The position numbers and the translations under genes are program-made. 64,000 nucleotides of DNA, taken from a bacterium (GTDB lineage Bacteria > Fidelibacterota > Fidelibacteria > Fidelibacterales > Fidelibacteraceae). Position 1 is the stretch's first letter. Each line of letters begins with the position of its first letter. Location: contig OY781066.1 in the NCBI GenBank assembly GCA_963676395.1, positions 1 through 64,000 of the forward strand, given 5' to 3'. The notes beneath the pieces were generated by a model. That model was not told where the DNA came from. It did not search any database and saw only the letters and a program-made list of their open reading frames with translations. Of the stretch, positions 53,377-64,000 are shown in pieces.

Positions 53377-54017
53377 TATTGAGTACCTGCCTTATAGTAT
53401 TTTGTGCCCAGAGGAGGTTGCTGAATATACTTCATAATCTCCTCAAGATCACTTTTATTGTTTACAAAATCAATTTCTGTGGTATTGATAATCAAAAGTG
53501 GTGTCTCATTATAATGAAAAAAGAATTGATTATAAAATTGATTTAATGATTCTATATAATCCCTATCCATGCCTTTTTCGTATGAACGCCCTCGATGGTC
53601 AATATTCTTAAGTAAGCGTTCAGTATCGGCTTGTAAATAGATCACGAGATCGGGTTTATTTATTTCTTTAGCAAGAATGGAATACAATTGATCATATAAA
53701 TGGAGCTCTTTTTCGTCTAGGTTGATATATGCAAACAGACGATCTTTTGCAAAAATATAATCTGTGACGATTGAGCGGTGAAAAACATCGGTTTGTCCAA
53801 ACTCCAATTGCTGGCGATACCTACTCAACAGGAAAAACAACTGAGTTTGAAACGCATACCGTTGCCGATCCCCGTAAAAATCGGATAAGAATGGATTTTC
53901 TTCGAATTTTTCAAGAATTAAACGGCTGTTCAACTTGTTGGACAATATTTTAGCCAAGCTAGTTTTGCCTACACCGATAACTCCTTCTATGGCAATATAA
54001 TATGCCGGTCCCGTCAT
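53376..54017 (-). CDS. Deoxynucleoside kinase
   Basis: IAIEGVIGVGKT, ENPFL, FQTQLFFLLSRY, RGRSYE. Confidence 0.92.
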   Translation of the reverse strand: MTGPAYYIAIEGVIGVGKTSLAKILSNKLNSRLILEKFEENPFLSDFYGDRQRYAFQTQLFFLLSRYRQQLEFGQTDVFHRSIVTDYIFAKDRLFAYINLDEKELHLYDQLYSILAKEINKPDLVIYLQADTERLLKNIDHRGRSYEKGMDRDYIESLNQFYNQFFFHYNETPLLIINTTEIDFVNNKSDLEEIMKYIQQPPLGTKYYKAGTQ

Positions 54018-54517
54018 ATCTTCTCCAGCTTTGATTTATCCGGACACCGTTGAATATAGTCTTCAATACTTAGTGATGTTCCGGGAACTTGATAATTTAC
54101 ATCAATTTCACTCATAGGTAAAAGAATAAATTTCCTTTCCTCAAAATGTGTATGAGGAATAGTAAGTTTTTCTTCTTTCATAATCAAATTTCCGTAAAAT
54201 AAAATGTCAATATCTAAAGTTCTGGGGCCCATTGGACGTTTAGGATCTCGAACTCTAAAAAAACGACTTTCTATTGATAGAACATATTTAAGAATTTCAT
54301 AAGGTAATAGATCAGATCGATATTTTACCACAGCATTAACAAAATCCGGTTGTTCCTTATCATACAAAGCTTCCGTTCTCCATAATGAGCTTTGTTCTAT
54401 AAATTCTATATGCGAATTTGATGCGACTTCTTTAATCGCTCTCGTGATCAAATGTCCCGAATCGCCTAAATTGGATCCAAAACCCAAATATAGGTCCATA
54501 GCTTTTTCTCTATCCAT
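54014..54517 (-). CDS. folK: HPPK (6-hydroxymethyl-dihydropterin pyrophosphokinase)
   Basis: LGFGSNLGD, QPDFVN, GPRTLDIDIL, IPH. Confidence 0.93.
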   Translation of the reverse strand: MDREKAMDLYLGFGSNLGDSGHLITRAIKEVASNSHIEFIEQSSLWRTEALYDKEQPDFVNAVVKYRSDLLPYEILKYVLSIESRFFRVRDPKRPMGPRTLDIDILFYGNLIMKEEKLTIPHTHFEERKFILLPMSEIDVNYQVPGTSLSIEDYIQRCPDKSKLEKI

Positions 54518-55760
54518 CTAACACCTCAATACATAATTCTTTGGCATTAGTTAAAGCTTCTGTAGAGATTTTAATGCTTTCCATTTCTCCGGGAGCCATA
54601 TGACGTTTCTTGACTGTTTTTATAACGTTATCATCAACTTTTAATCTTAAGTTCACTTGATCATAGACTTTTTTAACTCTAAAATAAAGTTCAATATCAC
54701 CTGTACAGTTTACAGGTCTGATTTTTTGAGGGACAATGTAAGATACACCCTCTCCCGGCAAACTTTCTATCGCAACTTGATCTTTAATATTTTCTTTCGC
54801 ATACTCCGCCGCAAAAAAACCAGCCTTTTTGCTCTCTTTACTAACATAATCAACGAGATCATGGACATGAGCGACATTTCCACAGGCAAATATTCCGGAT
54901 AGAGTAGTTTCCATGGCCTCGTTGACAATAGGGCCACGTGTACGTTTATCTAATTCGATGCCTACAGCGTACGGAAGTTCAATTTCAGGTAGTAACCCAA
55001 CCGATAATAATAATGCGTCGCATTCAAAACGTTTTTCACTGCCGGGTACGGGGTTAAAGTGATCATCGACTTCACTAATAAGCACTGCCTCCACTCTATC
55101 TTTACCGATAATATCCGTTACCGTATGCTGCAGCATTAACGGGATACTGTAATCTTCAAGACACTGAACAATATTTCGGGTAAGACCGCTTGAATAAGGC
55201 ATGATTTCTGCCACAGCTAAAACTTTTGCACCCTCTAGTGTCATCCTTCTTGCCATGATCAAACCAATATCGCCCGAACCAAGAATAACTACTTTCTTGC
55301 CTACCATGTACCCATCAATATTAATGAGTTTTTGGGCAGTTCCTGCCGTAATAACTCCGGCTGGCCGTGTTCCGGGTATGGCCAATGCACCACGGGTTCT
55401 TTCCCGACAGCCCATTGTTAAAACAATTGCCTTCGCATTTAATTTTTTATATCCATCTTGCGGATTTAAAGTATATACCTTTTTATCTTCGGTTATTTCA
55501 AGAACCATCGTGTCAGTTTTAATCTCAATATCTGTTTTTTTTACAAGATCAATATATTTTTGTGCATATTCAGGTCCACTCAGATCTTCTTTGAATGTAT
55601 GTAGACCAAAACCATTATGAATACACTGCTGAAGAATACCTCCCAATTCCTTTTCTCGTTCAACAATACAGACCTTTTCGGCACCATTTTCTTTCGCGGC
55701 AAGTGCAGCAGCCAATCCTGCGGGGCCGCCACCAATACAAATAACATCATAATCAATCAT
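54510..55760 (-). CDS. FAD-dependent pyridine nucleotide-disulfide oxidoreductase
   Basis: GGGPAG, GGILQQCIHNGFG, GCRERTRG, GSGDIGLIMARR; start at MIDYDV. Confidence 0.88.
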   Translation of the reverse strand: MIDYDVICIGGGPAGLAAALAAKENGAEKVCIVEREKELGGILQQCIHNGFGLHTFKEDLSGPEYAQKYIDLVKKTDIEIKTDTMVLEITEDKKVYTLNPQDGYKKLNAKAIVLTMGCRERTRGALAIPGTRPAGVITAGTAQKLINIDGYMVGKKVVILGSGDIGLIMARRMTLEGAKVLAVAEIMPYSSGLTRNIVQCLEDYSIPLMLQHTVTDIIGKDRVEAVLISEVDDHFNPVPGSEKRFECDALLLSVGLLPEIELPYAVGIELDKRTRGPIVNEAMETTLSGIFACGNVAHVHDLVDYVSKESKKAGFFAAEYAKENIKDQVAIESLPGEGVSYIVPQKIRPVNCTGDIELYFRVKKVYDQVNLRLKVDDNVIKTVKKRHMAPGEMESIKISTEALTNAKELCIEVLDG

Positions 55761-57213
55761 CTGCAGCCTCTTTTTTGGTTTGGTCAATTATAATTGTAGA
55801 TAAAGAGGAGTCCTTTAACACCTCTTCCCTTGAAATACCTAATTCTCTTGCTAATATCTCAATGATCTTCGGCGAACAAAAACCACCCTGACAACGACCT
55901 CCCCCGCTTCGCGTTCTTCTTTTAATAGCGTCAAGCGTACGAGCTCCCGCATTGCGGTGGATCATATCAATTATCTCAGCTTCGGTTATTCCTTCACATC
56001 GGCATATAATCCGCCCATAATTATCATCTTTCTTTACACACTCAGCTCTTTCTTCGTGGGATAATTCTTGGAAACGAACAATTTTCCGGCGGGCAAACCG
56101 ATAGTTATCACGTTTATCTACTTTTTTATATTTAAGCACAAGATCGCAAACATATTCAGCAATGGCCGGCGCTGCCGTTAAACCCGGGGATTTAATACCG
56201 GCAACATCGATAAAACCGGGACACTCATTATAATCTTGAACAATAAAATCACCTGTATCAGCTTGAGCTCTGATACCTGAAAAAGTTGTGATCGCCATAC
56301 TTTTATCAAGCTCAGGTAATGTTTTTAATGCTTTATTCCATACCTCATCAAGTCCTTTTTGAGTTGTCTCATTAGCTTCAGGCAGATCAATATCTTCTGC
56401 ATTTGGACCAACTATCAGATTTTTATGAGCCGTTGGAGCTATTAACACACCTTTTCCCATTTTGTTTGGACACTGAAAAATTACGTGTTTTACGCTATCT
56501 CCAATATATTTATCCATCAAAAAATATTCCCCTCGCCTTGGATGGATCGAAAATGATGGTTCTAATAACATATTATGAATTTTATCGGCATATACCCCCG
56601 CTGCGTTGATCACAACGCCGGCACTAAAATCCCCTTTTGATGTTTTTATAATAAAGTTCTTGGCACTCTTTTTTATCTCAATGACTTCATGCTCATATTT
56701 TAGGTCAGCACCATGATCCATTGCATGCTCCATAAAGGCAATACAAAGCTCATAAGGGCTTACAACACCGGCGGTGGGTGAATATAGTGCCCCTTTCACT
56801 TCGGAGCTTAAATTCACTTCATTCTTTTTAATTTCCTCTGCAGAAAGTATTTCAAGTCCGGGAACCCCGTTTTTTTCTCCTCTTACACGCAAATCATTCA
56901 GTTTTTCTATTTCTTCATCGTTGAAAGCGATTACATATGAACCACAAGGAGTAAAAGGAACATCCAGTTTATTACAAATATCGGGATATATTTCATTTCC
57001 TCGAACATTAAACTTTGCCATCAAAGTACCGGGTTCCGCATCGTATCCACCGTGAACGATCCCGCTGTTTGCTTTTGTTGCCCCGTTCGAGAGATCATTT
57101 GTTTTTTCAAGAAGACAAATTGATAATTTATACTCAGATAGCGCAGATGCGATGGCAGTACCGCTTATTCCGCCTCCAATAATTATGACATCATAAGTGC
57201 TTAGTGTTTTCAT
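55753..57213 (-). CDS. FAD-dependent oxidoreductase with BFD-like [2Fe-2S] domain (GlpA/L2HGDH-like)
   Basis: IIGGG, TKANSGIVHGG, SPGLTAAPA, ICRCE...GRCQGGFC. Confidence 0.88.
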   Translation of the reverse strand: MKTLSTYDVIIIGGGISGTAIASALSEYKLSICLLEKTNDLSNGATKANSGIVHGGYDAEPGTLMAKFNVRGNEIYPDICNKLDVPFTPCGSYVIAFNDEEIEKLNDLRVRGEKNGVPGLEILSAEEIKKNEVNLSSEVKGALYSPTAGVVSPYELCIAFMEHAMDHGADLKYEHEVIEIKKSAKNFIIKTSKGDFSAGVVINAAGVYADKIHNMLLEPSFSIHPRRGEYFLMDKYIGDSVKHVIFQCPNKMGKGVLIAPTAHKNLIVGPNAEDIDLPEANETTQKGLDEVWNKALKTLPELDKSMAITTFSGIRAQADTGDFIVQDYNECPGFIDVAGIKSPGLTAAPAIAEYVCDLVLKYKKVDKRDNYRFARRKIVRFQELSHEERAECVKKDDNYGRIICRCEGITEAEIIDMIHRNAGARTLDAIKRRTRSGGGRCQGGFCSPKIIEILARELGISREEVLKDSSLSTIIIDQTKKEAADD

Positions 57214-60032
57214 TACAATATCTTCTTTAAAAATTCTCCGGTATAAGAGCCATTATGTGCTGCGACATCTTCAGGTGTACCCGAAACAAGAATATTACCC
57301 CCCTTATTTCCACCTTCGGGTCCCAAATCTATTACCCAATCGGCACTCTTGATCATATCCATATTATGTTCAATGATCAAAACCGTATTACCTTTATCGA
57401 CTAATTTATTTAAAACTTCCAATAGCATGTGAACATCAGAAAAATGCAGACCAGTTGTCGGTTCATCAAGCACATACAGTGTTTTACCGGTACCCATACG
57501 ACTTAGTTCAGTTGCGAGCTTTACACGCTGTGCTTCACCCCCGGACAATGTTGTAGCCTGCTGACCTAAATGTATATATCCTAGACCAACATCATACAAA
57601 GTTTGTAGCTTTTTTTGAATTTTTGGATGATTTTTAAAGAATTCAAGAGCTTCTTCAACAGTCATATCCAGTACTTCGCTAATATTCTTACCACGATATT
57701 TGATCTCAAGAGTTTCTCGATTATATCGCTTACCCTTACAGACTTCGCACGTAACATATACATCTGATAAAAAGTGCATTTCTATCTTTTTAACGCCATC
57801 ACCGCTACAGGATTCACAACGACCACCTTTTACGTTAAATGAAAAGCGTCCGGGTTGATAACCACGCAGCTTCGACTCTTGTAAAGATGAAAATAATTCA
57901 CGAATGTAAGTAAATACGCCTGTGTATGTGGCAGGGTTCGATCGTGGCGTTCGCCCTATCGGTGACTGATTGATATTAATGATCTTGTCAAGCTGGTCTT
58001 TCCCCGTCATACGCTCGTATTTTAAGGGAGTACCCTTTGCATGCATTAAATCTCTATTTAGTATTTGCACCAATGTTTCGTTGATCAGAGTGCTTTTACC
58101 GGATCCGCTGACTCCCGTAACACAAGTCATTGTTCCTAATGGAATTTCGACATTAACTTTCTTTAAATTATTACCTTCAGCTCCATACAACTTAATTTTT
58201 TTACCATTTCCCTTACGTCGTTCATCAGGTATTTTGATTTTCTTCTTACCTGAAAGATACAGACCGGTAGAAGACTTATCACAAGCCATCACCTGCTGAG
58301 GTGTCCCTTCACAAACAACTTCACCACCATGGATTCCTGCTCCGGGGCCAATATCTATAAGCCAATCAGCTTCTTCCATAGTTTCCTGGTCATGCTCTAT
58401 CACAATGATTGTATTTCCAAGATCGCGCAAACCTTTAAGCGTTTGTAACAATTTTGTGTTATCACGTTGATGAAGTCCAATACTTGGTTCATCCAAAATA
58501 TACATTACACCCATCAATTGTGAACCGATCTGTGTTGCTAATCTTATACGTTGAGCCTCTCCACCCGATAGTGTGCCGGCCGAACGATTCAGAGTAAGAT
58601 AATCAAGTCCGACATTTTGCAAAAAACCTAATCTTTGCTTCATTTCTTTAGTTATCTGTTCGGATATAACTTTTTCTGTATCAGTAAGTTCTAACCCATT
58701 AATAAAAGCAAGTGCTTCATGAATTGACATGCGTTCAAGATCATCAATACTACACTTATTTATAAGGACTGAAGTTGAAATTCGTTTTAAACGGGATCCA
58801 TTACATACCCTACAGGTTTGCTGTGAAATATACTTTTCAATCGTTTCCCGCATGTAGGCTGAGCTGGTCTGATGATACCGTCTTTTTAAGTTCGGGATCA
58901 CACCTTCCCAGCCCCCGGTATATTGACCACTCCAGTTTTTACCTTGATAATCAATTACCAGTCTTTTGCCTTTGGTGCCATAAAGAAGAATATCCTGAAC
59001 TTCTTTACTTAATTTATACCAAGGTGTAGAAAATTTAAAATTAAATTTCTCAGACAGACCCTTTAATACATTTCCATAATACGTACCTTTAGGCTGCTCA
59101 CCAATAGGAGCCAAAGCGCCTTGCAATAGTGATTTATTTTTATCAGGAACTACGAGGTCGGGGGAAAACTCCATCTGATAACCAAGTCCATTACAGGCAG
59201 GACAAGCGCCAATAGGATTATTAAAAGAAAACATCCTGGGGGTAAGTTCTTCTAAATTGACTTCCGGATGATCCGTACAAATGAAATTTTCACTATATTT
59301 ATGTTCTACCTTGGCTGATTCATATATGATAACATTACCATTGCCATGCTTTAAAGCTAATTCTACACTCTCAGTTAAACGTTGTTGAACATCTTGGTTG
59401 ATTACCAATCGATCTATCACGACATCAACATCATGTTTATTATTTCTTTCAGGTGTTTCAACATCACTTAATTGAAAAATTTTTCCGTCAACTCTTACAC
59501 GAAGAAATCCTTCTTTTTTTAGTTGATTAAAGTATTCGCGAAACTCACCTTTTCTCTGGCGATAAGCAGGAGCTAACACTTGAATTTTTGCCCCCTCGGG
59601 CATTTCCATCACCCTATCAACTATTTCCTGAACGGTCATCTTTGAGATTGGCTTTCCGCATATAAAACAATGAGGTTTTCCAATGCGTGCAAATAATAGA
59701 CGCATATAATCATGGATTTCGGTAATCGTTGCGACCGTAGAACGAGGATTTCTATGGGTAGTCTTCTGTTCAATTGAAATGGCCGGCGAAAGACCTTCAA
59801 TTTTATCAATATCGGGTTTTTCCATTATACCCAAAAATTGACGAGCATACGACGATAAAGATTCAACATAACGTCGTTGACCTTCAGCATACAGTGTATC
59901 GAAGGCCAAAGAAGATTTACCACTTCCACTTAACCCTGTGATTACCACTAACTTATCTCTTGGTATCTCAAGATGAATATCTTTAAGATTGTGTTCTCTG
60001 GCACCTGAAATTATAATCTTATCGTGGGACAT
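57213..60032 (-). CDS. uvrA: Excinuclease ABC subunit A
   Basis: [22 protein letters not shown], two [11 protein letters not shown] signatures, zinc fingers. Confidence 0.98.
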   Translation of the reverse strand: MSHDKIIISGAREHNLKDIHLEIPRDKLVVITGLSGSGKSSLAFDTLYAEGQRRYVESLSSYARQFLGIMEKPDIDKIEGLSPAISIEQKTTHRNPRSTVATITEIHDYMRLLFARIGKPHCFICGKPISKMTVQEIVDRVMEMPEGAKIQVLAPAYRQRKGEFREYFNQLKKEGFLRVRVDGKIFQLSDVETPERNNKHDVDVVIDRLVINQDVQQRLTESVELALKHGNGNVIIYESAKVEHKYSENFICTDHPEVNLEELTPRMFSFNNPIGACPACNGLGYQMEFSPDLVVPDKNKSLLQGALAPIGEQPKGTYYGNVLKGLSEKFNFKFSTPWYKLSKEVQDILLYGTKGKRLVIDYQGKNWSGQYTGGWEGVIPNLKRRYHQTSSAYMRETIEKYISQQTCRVCNGSRLKRISTSVLINKCSIDDLERMSIHEALAFINGLELTDTEKVISEQITKEMKQRLGFLQNVGLDYLTLNRSAGTLSGGEAQRIRLATQIGSQLMGVMYILDEPSIGLHQRDNTKLLQTLKGLRDLGNTIIVIEHDQETMEEADWLIDIGPGAGIHGGEVVCEGTPQQVMACDKSSTGLYLSGKKKIKIPDERRKGNGKKIKLYGAEGNNLKKVNVEIPLGTMTCVTGVSGSGKSTLINETLVQILNRDLMHAKGTPLKYERMTGKDQLDKIININQSPIGRTPRSNPATYTGVFTYIRELFSSLQESKLRGYQPGRFSFNVKGGRCESCSGDGVKKIEMHFLSDVYVTCEVCKGKRYNRETLEIKYRGKNISEVLDMTVEEALEFFKNHPKIQKKLQTLYDVGLGYIHLGQQATTLSGGEAQRVKLATELSRMGTGKTLYVLDEPTTGLHFSDVHMLLEVLNKLVDKGNTVLIIEHNMDMIKSADWVIDLGPEGGNKGGNILVSGTPEDVAAHNGSYTGEFLKKIL

Positions 60033-60138
60033 TTTTCCTCTAATATTTATCATTAAAGATAAGGATTTTAATGAATTTTAGGAAGCATAATTTACGTTTC
60101 TATAGAGTATTTTTTATTTTAAAAGAATGTAAGTGCTT

Positions 60139-61191
60139 TTAATTTTCTATTAATATTTTATTTAGCAACAGCTCAAAGTCCTTATTATCAGGGTCAATCG
60201 ATAAAGCTTTTTTGCAAGCATTAATAGCACTTACGGTCATTCCTTGTTCTTTATATGCGGTAGCTAAAAATTTCCATGCGGGTAAATAGGTGCTATCGAT
60301 TTCTACCGCAGCCGTATAGGACTCAATTTCCTTTTTCACATAAGAAAGATTATGATACGCATGTCCCAGAGCAAGGTAAAGCTCAGGATCATGATTCAAA
60401 ACCAAGGCTTGCTTATATAATTGAAGCGCAAGATCGTATTTTTCGGTAGCTAAATAATAAGCCGAAAGATTTAATACACCTTTTTTATGTCCCGGACAAC
60501 GTTTTACAAGATCTTTATACTCCGCGATCATTAAAGAATTTAAACCCTGCCCCCTATATGCTAAGGCAAGATTGTATCTCGCATCACAAAATCCCGGATC
60601 TAGGTGTAATGACTTTTTATAATAAACAATAGCAGAAGCATAAGCTTCCTTTTCGAGATAGATATTAGCGAGATTGTACATAATTAAAGACGAATTTGGA
60701 TCATATTGGGCCGCATCTTTGAGGTAAGAATATGCCTTACCCCGATTCCCCATTACCAAATAAAGATTTGCTAGATTATTGTAAAGAAAAGCCTCTGTAG
60801 GAGCAAATTTTATACTTTTCAATAAAATTGTTTCCGCTTCTTTAAGTTTATTTTGTCCTATTAGCGAATTGGCAAGACCGTTATAGGCAAAAGCATAGGT
60901 GGAATCGTAATCAATAGCATGTTGAAAATATTCAATAGCCTTTTCATATTCCTTGTTCTTCGCAAAAACATGCCCTTCTTTTACATAGATGATCACATTA
61001 TCGTAATATTCAACCGGGACAAGATCATACGATGTAAAGGCTTCCTCAAAATTTAAAGGATCATGCTCACCGTATTCAATATTGATTGATGTTTCAGGCT
61101 TTCCCTCGGCAAAAAGTAAAATGCATGAACATAGTAAAACACATATACTTTTAAAGTATTTCGTAGAATTTCGATCTTTCAACATTTTCAC
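60139..61191 (-). CDS. Exported tetratricopeptide repeat protein
   Basis: Multiple canonical TPR motifs (AYNGLA, LYNNLA, YNLA, ALSIDP). Confidence 0.85.
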   Translation of the reverse strand: MKMLKDRNSTKYFKSICVLLCSCILLFAEGKPETSINIEYGEHDPLNFEEAFTSYDLVPVEYYDNVIIYVKEGHVFAKNKEYEKAIEYFQHAIDYDSTYAFAYNGLANSLIGQNKLKEAETILLKSIKFAPTEAFLYNNLANLYLVMGNRGKAYSYLKDAAQYDPNSSLIMYNLANIYLEKEAYASAIVYYKKSLHLDPGFCDARYNLALAYRGQGLNSLMIAEYKDLVKRCPGHKKGVLNLSAYYLATEKYDLALQLYKQALVLNHDPELYLALGHAYHNLSYVKKEIESYTAAVEIDSTYLPAWKFLATAYKEQGMTVSAINACKKALSIDPDNKDFELLLNKILIEN

Positions 61192-62455
61192 CTCCGCTTA
61201 TACTAAAACGCTTTTCAATGGAGTTTGCAAGTTCTTCGATCTCTTTTTTCTTATCGCTTTTAAGTGTTATAAGCGCTTCATTCTTTTCAATATTTTCGCC
61301 AATATGTTTATGTACTATCAAACCGGCTTTGGGATCAATCATATCCGTAAGGGCTTTACGACCCGCTCCTAACGTTATTGCATCCAACCCTAGTTGGTAG
61401 TTGTTTATTGATGCGATCGTGCCGCCATGAGACGCTTTGACGGTAATTACGTGACTTGATTTGTCATATTTAGATGGATTCTCGAGATATGATATATCTG
61501 CACCTTGTATCTCGGCTATCTTAAGAAATGCTTCAAAAGCTTTTCCGTTATCAAGAAGTGTTTCAAGCTCTTTCGTTATATCTTCAATATTACGCTTTGG
61601 TTCAGTCATCGCGATCATTTGTGCAGTCAAAACAATTGATAATTCTCGTACTTTTGACGGTCCACCACCCTTTAATACGTCCAGTGATTCTTCAACTTCC
61701 AGCCAGTTACCGATCTTATCTCCCAAAGGTTCATTCATATCAGAGATAACCGGACGTACCGACAAGCCATAAGCTTCACCGAAATATTTTAACTGTTGAG
61801 CCAGATGCTTGGTTTGCTCATATTCGGGTATAAAAGCTCCATTTCCCGTTTTAACATCCAAAACGAGTCCCTGTATACCTTCGGCGATCTTTTTACTTAA
61901 AATTGAACCGCAAATTAGTGGGATAGAGCGCACCGTAGCTGTGACATCACGCAGGGCATATAATACTTTGTCGGCAGGACAAAGATCGCCCGTTTGACCG
62001 ATAAGAGCACATCCAATCTTATCAGTTTGCTTTCTAAAAGCCTCTAAAGTCATTTGAGTTGAGAAGCCAGGTATACTTTCGAGCTTATCAAGTGTTCCAC
62101 CGGAATGACCTAAGCCTCTTCCTGAAATCATAGGAACCTTAACTTTTCCGCTAGCCATTGCCAATGGCGCGAGGATAAGTGATATTTTATCACCCACACC
62201 ACCGGTACTATGTTTATCAGCATAGAATGTGTTTTTATCTTCAAATTGTACTCGTCGCCCGCTGTTAAGGATCACATCAATATATCCATTAATCTCATTT
62301 GAGTTCATACCTTTAAAATAGACTGCCATTAATAAAGCAGCCATTTGATAATCAGGAATTGATTTATTCACATATCCATTTACAAAAAATGATATTTCGT
62401 CTTTTGTCAGCTCTTTACCCGCTTGTTTCTTTTCTATTAAGGTATAAGGTATCAT
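61151..62455 (-). CDS. pdp: Pyrimidine-nucleoside/thymidine phosphorylase
   Basis: DKHSTGGVGDK, SGRGLGHSGGTLDKLE, SILSKK, DVKTGNGAF. Confidence 0.93.
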   Translation of the reverse strand: MIPYTLIEKKQAGKELTKDEISFFVNGYVNKSIPDYQMAALLMAVYFKGMNSNEINGYIDVILNSGRRVQFEDKNTFYADKHSTGGVGDKISLILAPLAMASGKVKVPMISGRGLGHSGGTLDKLESIPGFSTQMTLEAFRKQTDKIGCALIGQTGDLCPADKVLYALRDVTATVRSIPLICGSILSKKIAEGIQGLVLDVKTGNGAFIPEYEQTKHLAQQLKYFGEAYGLSVRPVISDMNEPLGDKIGNWLEVEESLDVLKGGGPSKVRELSIVLTAQMIAMTEPKRNIEDITKELETLLDNGKAFEAFLKIAEIQGADISYLENPSKYDKSSHVITVKASHGGTIASINNYQLGLDAITLGAGRKALTDMIDPKAGLIVHKHIGENIEKNEALITLKSDKKKEIEELANSIEKRFSISGGENVERSKFYEIL

Positions 62456-63867
62456 GTTTTTTCTCTGTTATTTTTCTTGTTAAACTTTTTAATTAATTTA
62501 TTAATAAATCTTGGTATTCTAATACTAATACGCTCTCTGATGGCATATCGTACCAATACAACACCCAGTAAGGCAAAAAGGATATTTCCACCCCACATTG
62601 CCAGCCAGGGAGTCATAAGCAATCTGTCTGCCAAACGTTCACCGGTCATTAAAAGCCCCCAATATATCAAGAAGAATACCAATGAAATTCCACCGGAAAT
62701 ACCCAAGCCTCCGCGTCTTACGATCATTCCCAAGGGTGCACCGATCAAAACAAAGATCACTGCCGATAATGGCATGGCTATCTTCTTATGCATTTCTACG
62801 AGGTAACGACTTTCGCTTTGTTTATATCTCCGTGACATATCGCGAAAAGAACGAATTCGCATTTTAGCATTCTCCATAACCCTTAAGGAGTCGCGCCATG
62901 CTTTTTTTTCGCCTGCTTTTAATCCCGCAAGCGCAGAAGAATCCTTTATATTTTGAATGGTTTGAGTTATAATGCTTAAACTTTCTTTTGAAGCAACACC
63001 AGTCGTATCAAATCCCGCTTCATAAAGGTTTTTAACCATGTTTCGCTTTGACTTAACTTGAAGATCACGATACTCCAATATTTTTTTATGCATATCCGTA
63101 ATTGACATCTCTCTATCGGATCTAAACTTTGAATCTCTTCTTCTTAGCTCCAAATTTCGTACCGCAACCACCATTCTGAATTTATCAAAGGATGAAAGGC
63201 GATATTCCTGTGATTTATTTTGCAAGAATTCATGATATTCGCCATCATACAAATTTAAAATAACCTTATCGCCTACAACTTCCAATTTTCCGCTCTTTGC
63301 CCAAATTGTTTCTTGAATTTTGGCGGCATCATGATAAACAAGAATATCAAATAACATATCATCATGTTTTTCACGAATAAGGATACGATAATCGGGTATG
63401 TCTTCTAAAAAATAGCCGGCATCAAAATTTATATCAGGATGTTTATAGGCAATATCCTGACTTAGAAGCTTATATTTATGATTGGCATCGGGTAACACAT
63501 TATTATTGTAATACAGCATACCGCTTGCAATGATCGTAGCAAAAAGTAACGATGGCAATAATATTTGTATAAAGTTTATTCCCGAAGCACGCCAGGCTGT
63601 GATCTCATTATCTTCTCCAAATCGACCGAATGCCATTAAAACTGCAATAAATACCGCAACCGGAACAACTTCAGCAAAAATAGGAGCCAAGCTTAAGACC
63701 ATGAATTCGGAAATAACCATAAAACCTAGATCTTTTCCCACCAATTTATCAATTTGGGAGATAAGATATTGTACAAGAAAAATAAAGGAAAAGACAAAAA
63801 GAGCACCTAAAAATGGAAATAAGTGTTCTTTAAAGACGTAACTGTATATTTTCTTCATACCAAGCAT
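62452..63867 (-). CDS. lptF: LptF/LptG family LPS export permease
   Basis: GRFGEDNEITAWRASGI; periplasmic domain; VEMHKK.A.P; six TMs. Confidence 0.85.
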   Translation of the reverse strand: MLGMKKIYSYVFKEHLFPFLGALFVFSFIFLVQYLISQIDKLVGKDLGFMVISEFMVLSLAPIFAEVVPVAVFIAVLMAFGRFGEDNEITAWRASGINFIQILLPSLLFATIIASGMLYYNNNVLPDANHKYKLLSQDIAYKHPDINFDAGYFLEDIPDYRILIREKHDDMLFDILVYHDAAKIQETIWAKSGKLEVVGDKVILNLYDGEYHEFLQNKSQEYRLSSFDKFRMVVAVRNLELRRRDSKFRSDREMSITDMHKKILEYRDLQVKSKRNMVKNLYEAGFDTTGVASKESLSIITQTIQNIKDSSALAGLKAGEKKAWRDSLRVMENAKMRIRSFRDMSRRYKQSESRYLVEMHKKIAMPLSAVIFVLIGAPLGMIVRRGGLGISGGISLVFFLIYWGLLMTGERLADRLLMTPWLAMWGGNILFALLGVVLVRYAIRERISIRIPRFINKLIKKFNKKNNREKT

Positions 63868-63879
63868 TGATTCTTTTCT

Positions 63880-63999
63880 CTATGAGTAAGAGTGCAAACC
63901 ACTCAATAAATATGTTACTCCAAAATATGTAAATAATACCGTTAGAGCCGTAATTAGCACGATCCATGACTGAGTTTTTCTATCTACTTTATAAAAATA
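63880..63999 (-). CDS. ccsA: Cytochrome c biogenesis protein CcsA/ResC, 3' end only
   Basis: Manual translation ...VLFTYFGVTYLLSGLHSYS* matches the CcsA C-terminal YFGV...GLHSY motif. Confidence 0.75.
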   Translation of the reverse strand, partial: YFYKVDRKTQSWIVLITALTVLFTYFGVTYLLSGLHSYS

Positions 64000-64000
64000 C

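Overview
AT-rich chromosomal window from an anaerobic diderm bacterium. Five secreted proteins end in a (Y/F)PNPFNP T9SS-type/FlgD-Ig C-terminal domain, which points to the FCB group (Marinimicrobia/Cloacimonadota-like); the taxonomy is inference. Housekeeping content: partial ttcA-like gene, prsW, lepA, GH97, nagA, an ilvD-ilvB-ilvN-ilvC-cimA-leuB operon with a clear Ile/Leu/Val leader-peptide attenuator, tRNA-Val/tRNA-Ile2, gltX, miaB, argGH, an LctBCD-like ETF/lactate dehydrogenase, sulfatase, dNK-folK, uvrA, pdp, lptF and partial ccsA. Accessory highlights: (1) a three-gene operon (9589-12548) whose products appear to carry split cadherin-like domains, with N-terminal orphan 'donor' strands and C-terminal incomplete acceptor domains, suggesting an undescribed tip/shaft/anchor surface filament built by donor-strand exchange; (2) two modular FG-GAP/CTD surface proteins, each preceded by the same ~328-bp non-coding repeat; (3) a decayed prophage lysogeny module (repressor remnant, cargo genes, truncated integrase, tRNA-Ile2) carrying a candidate two-gene defence system; (4) an operon of a small hydrophobic secreted protein, a LolA-like protein, a signal-peptide YidD-like protein and two TPR-membrane proteins; (5) a TonB-C/alginate-lyase-fold fusion with altered catalytic motifs.
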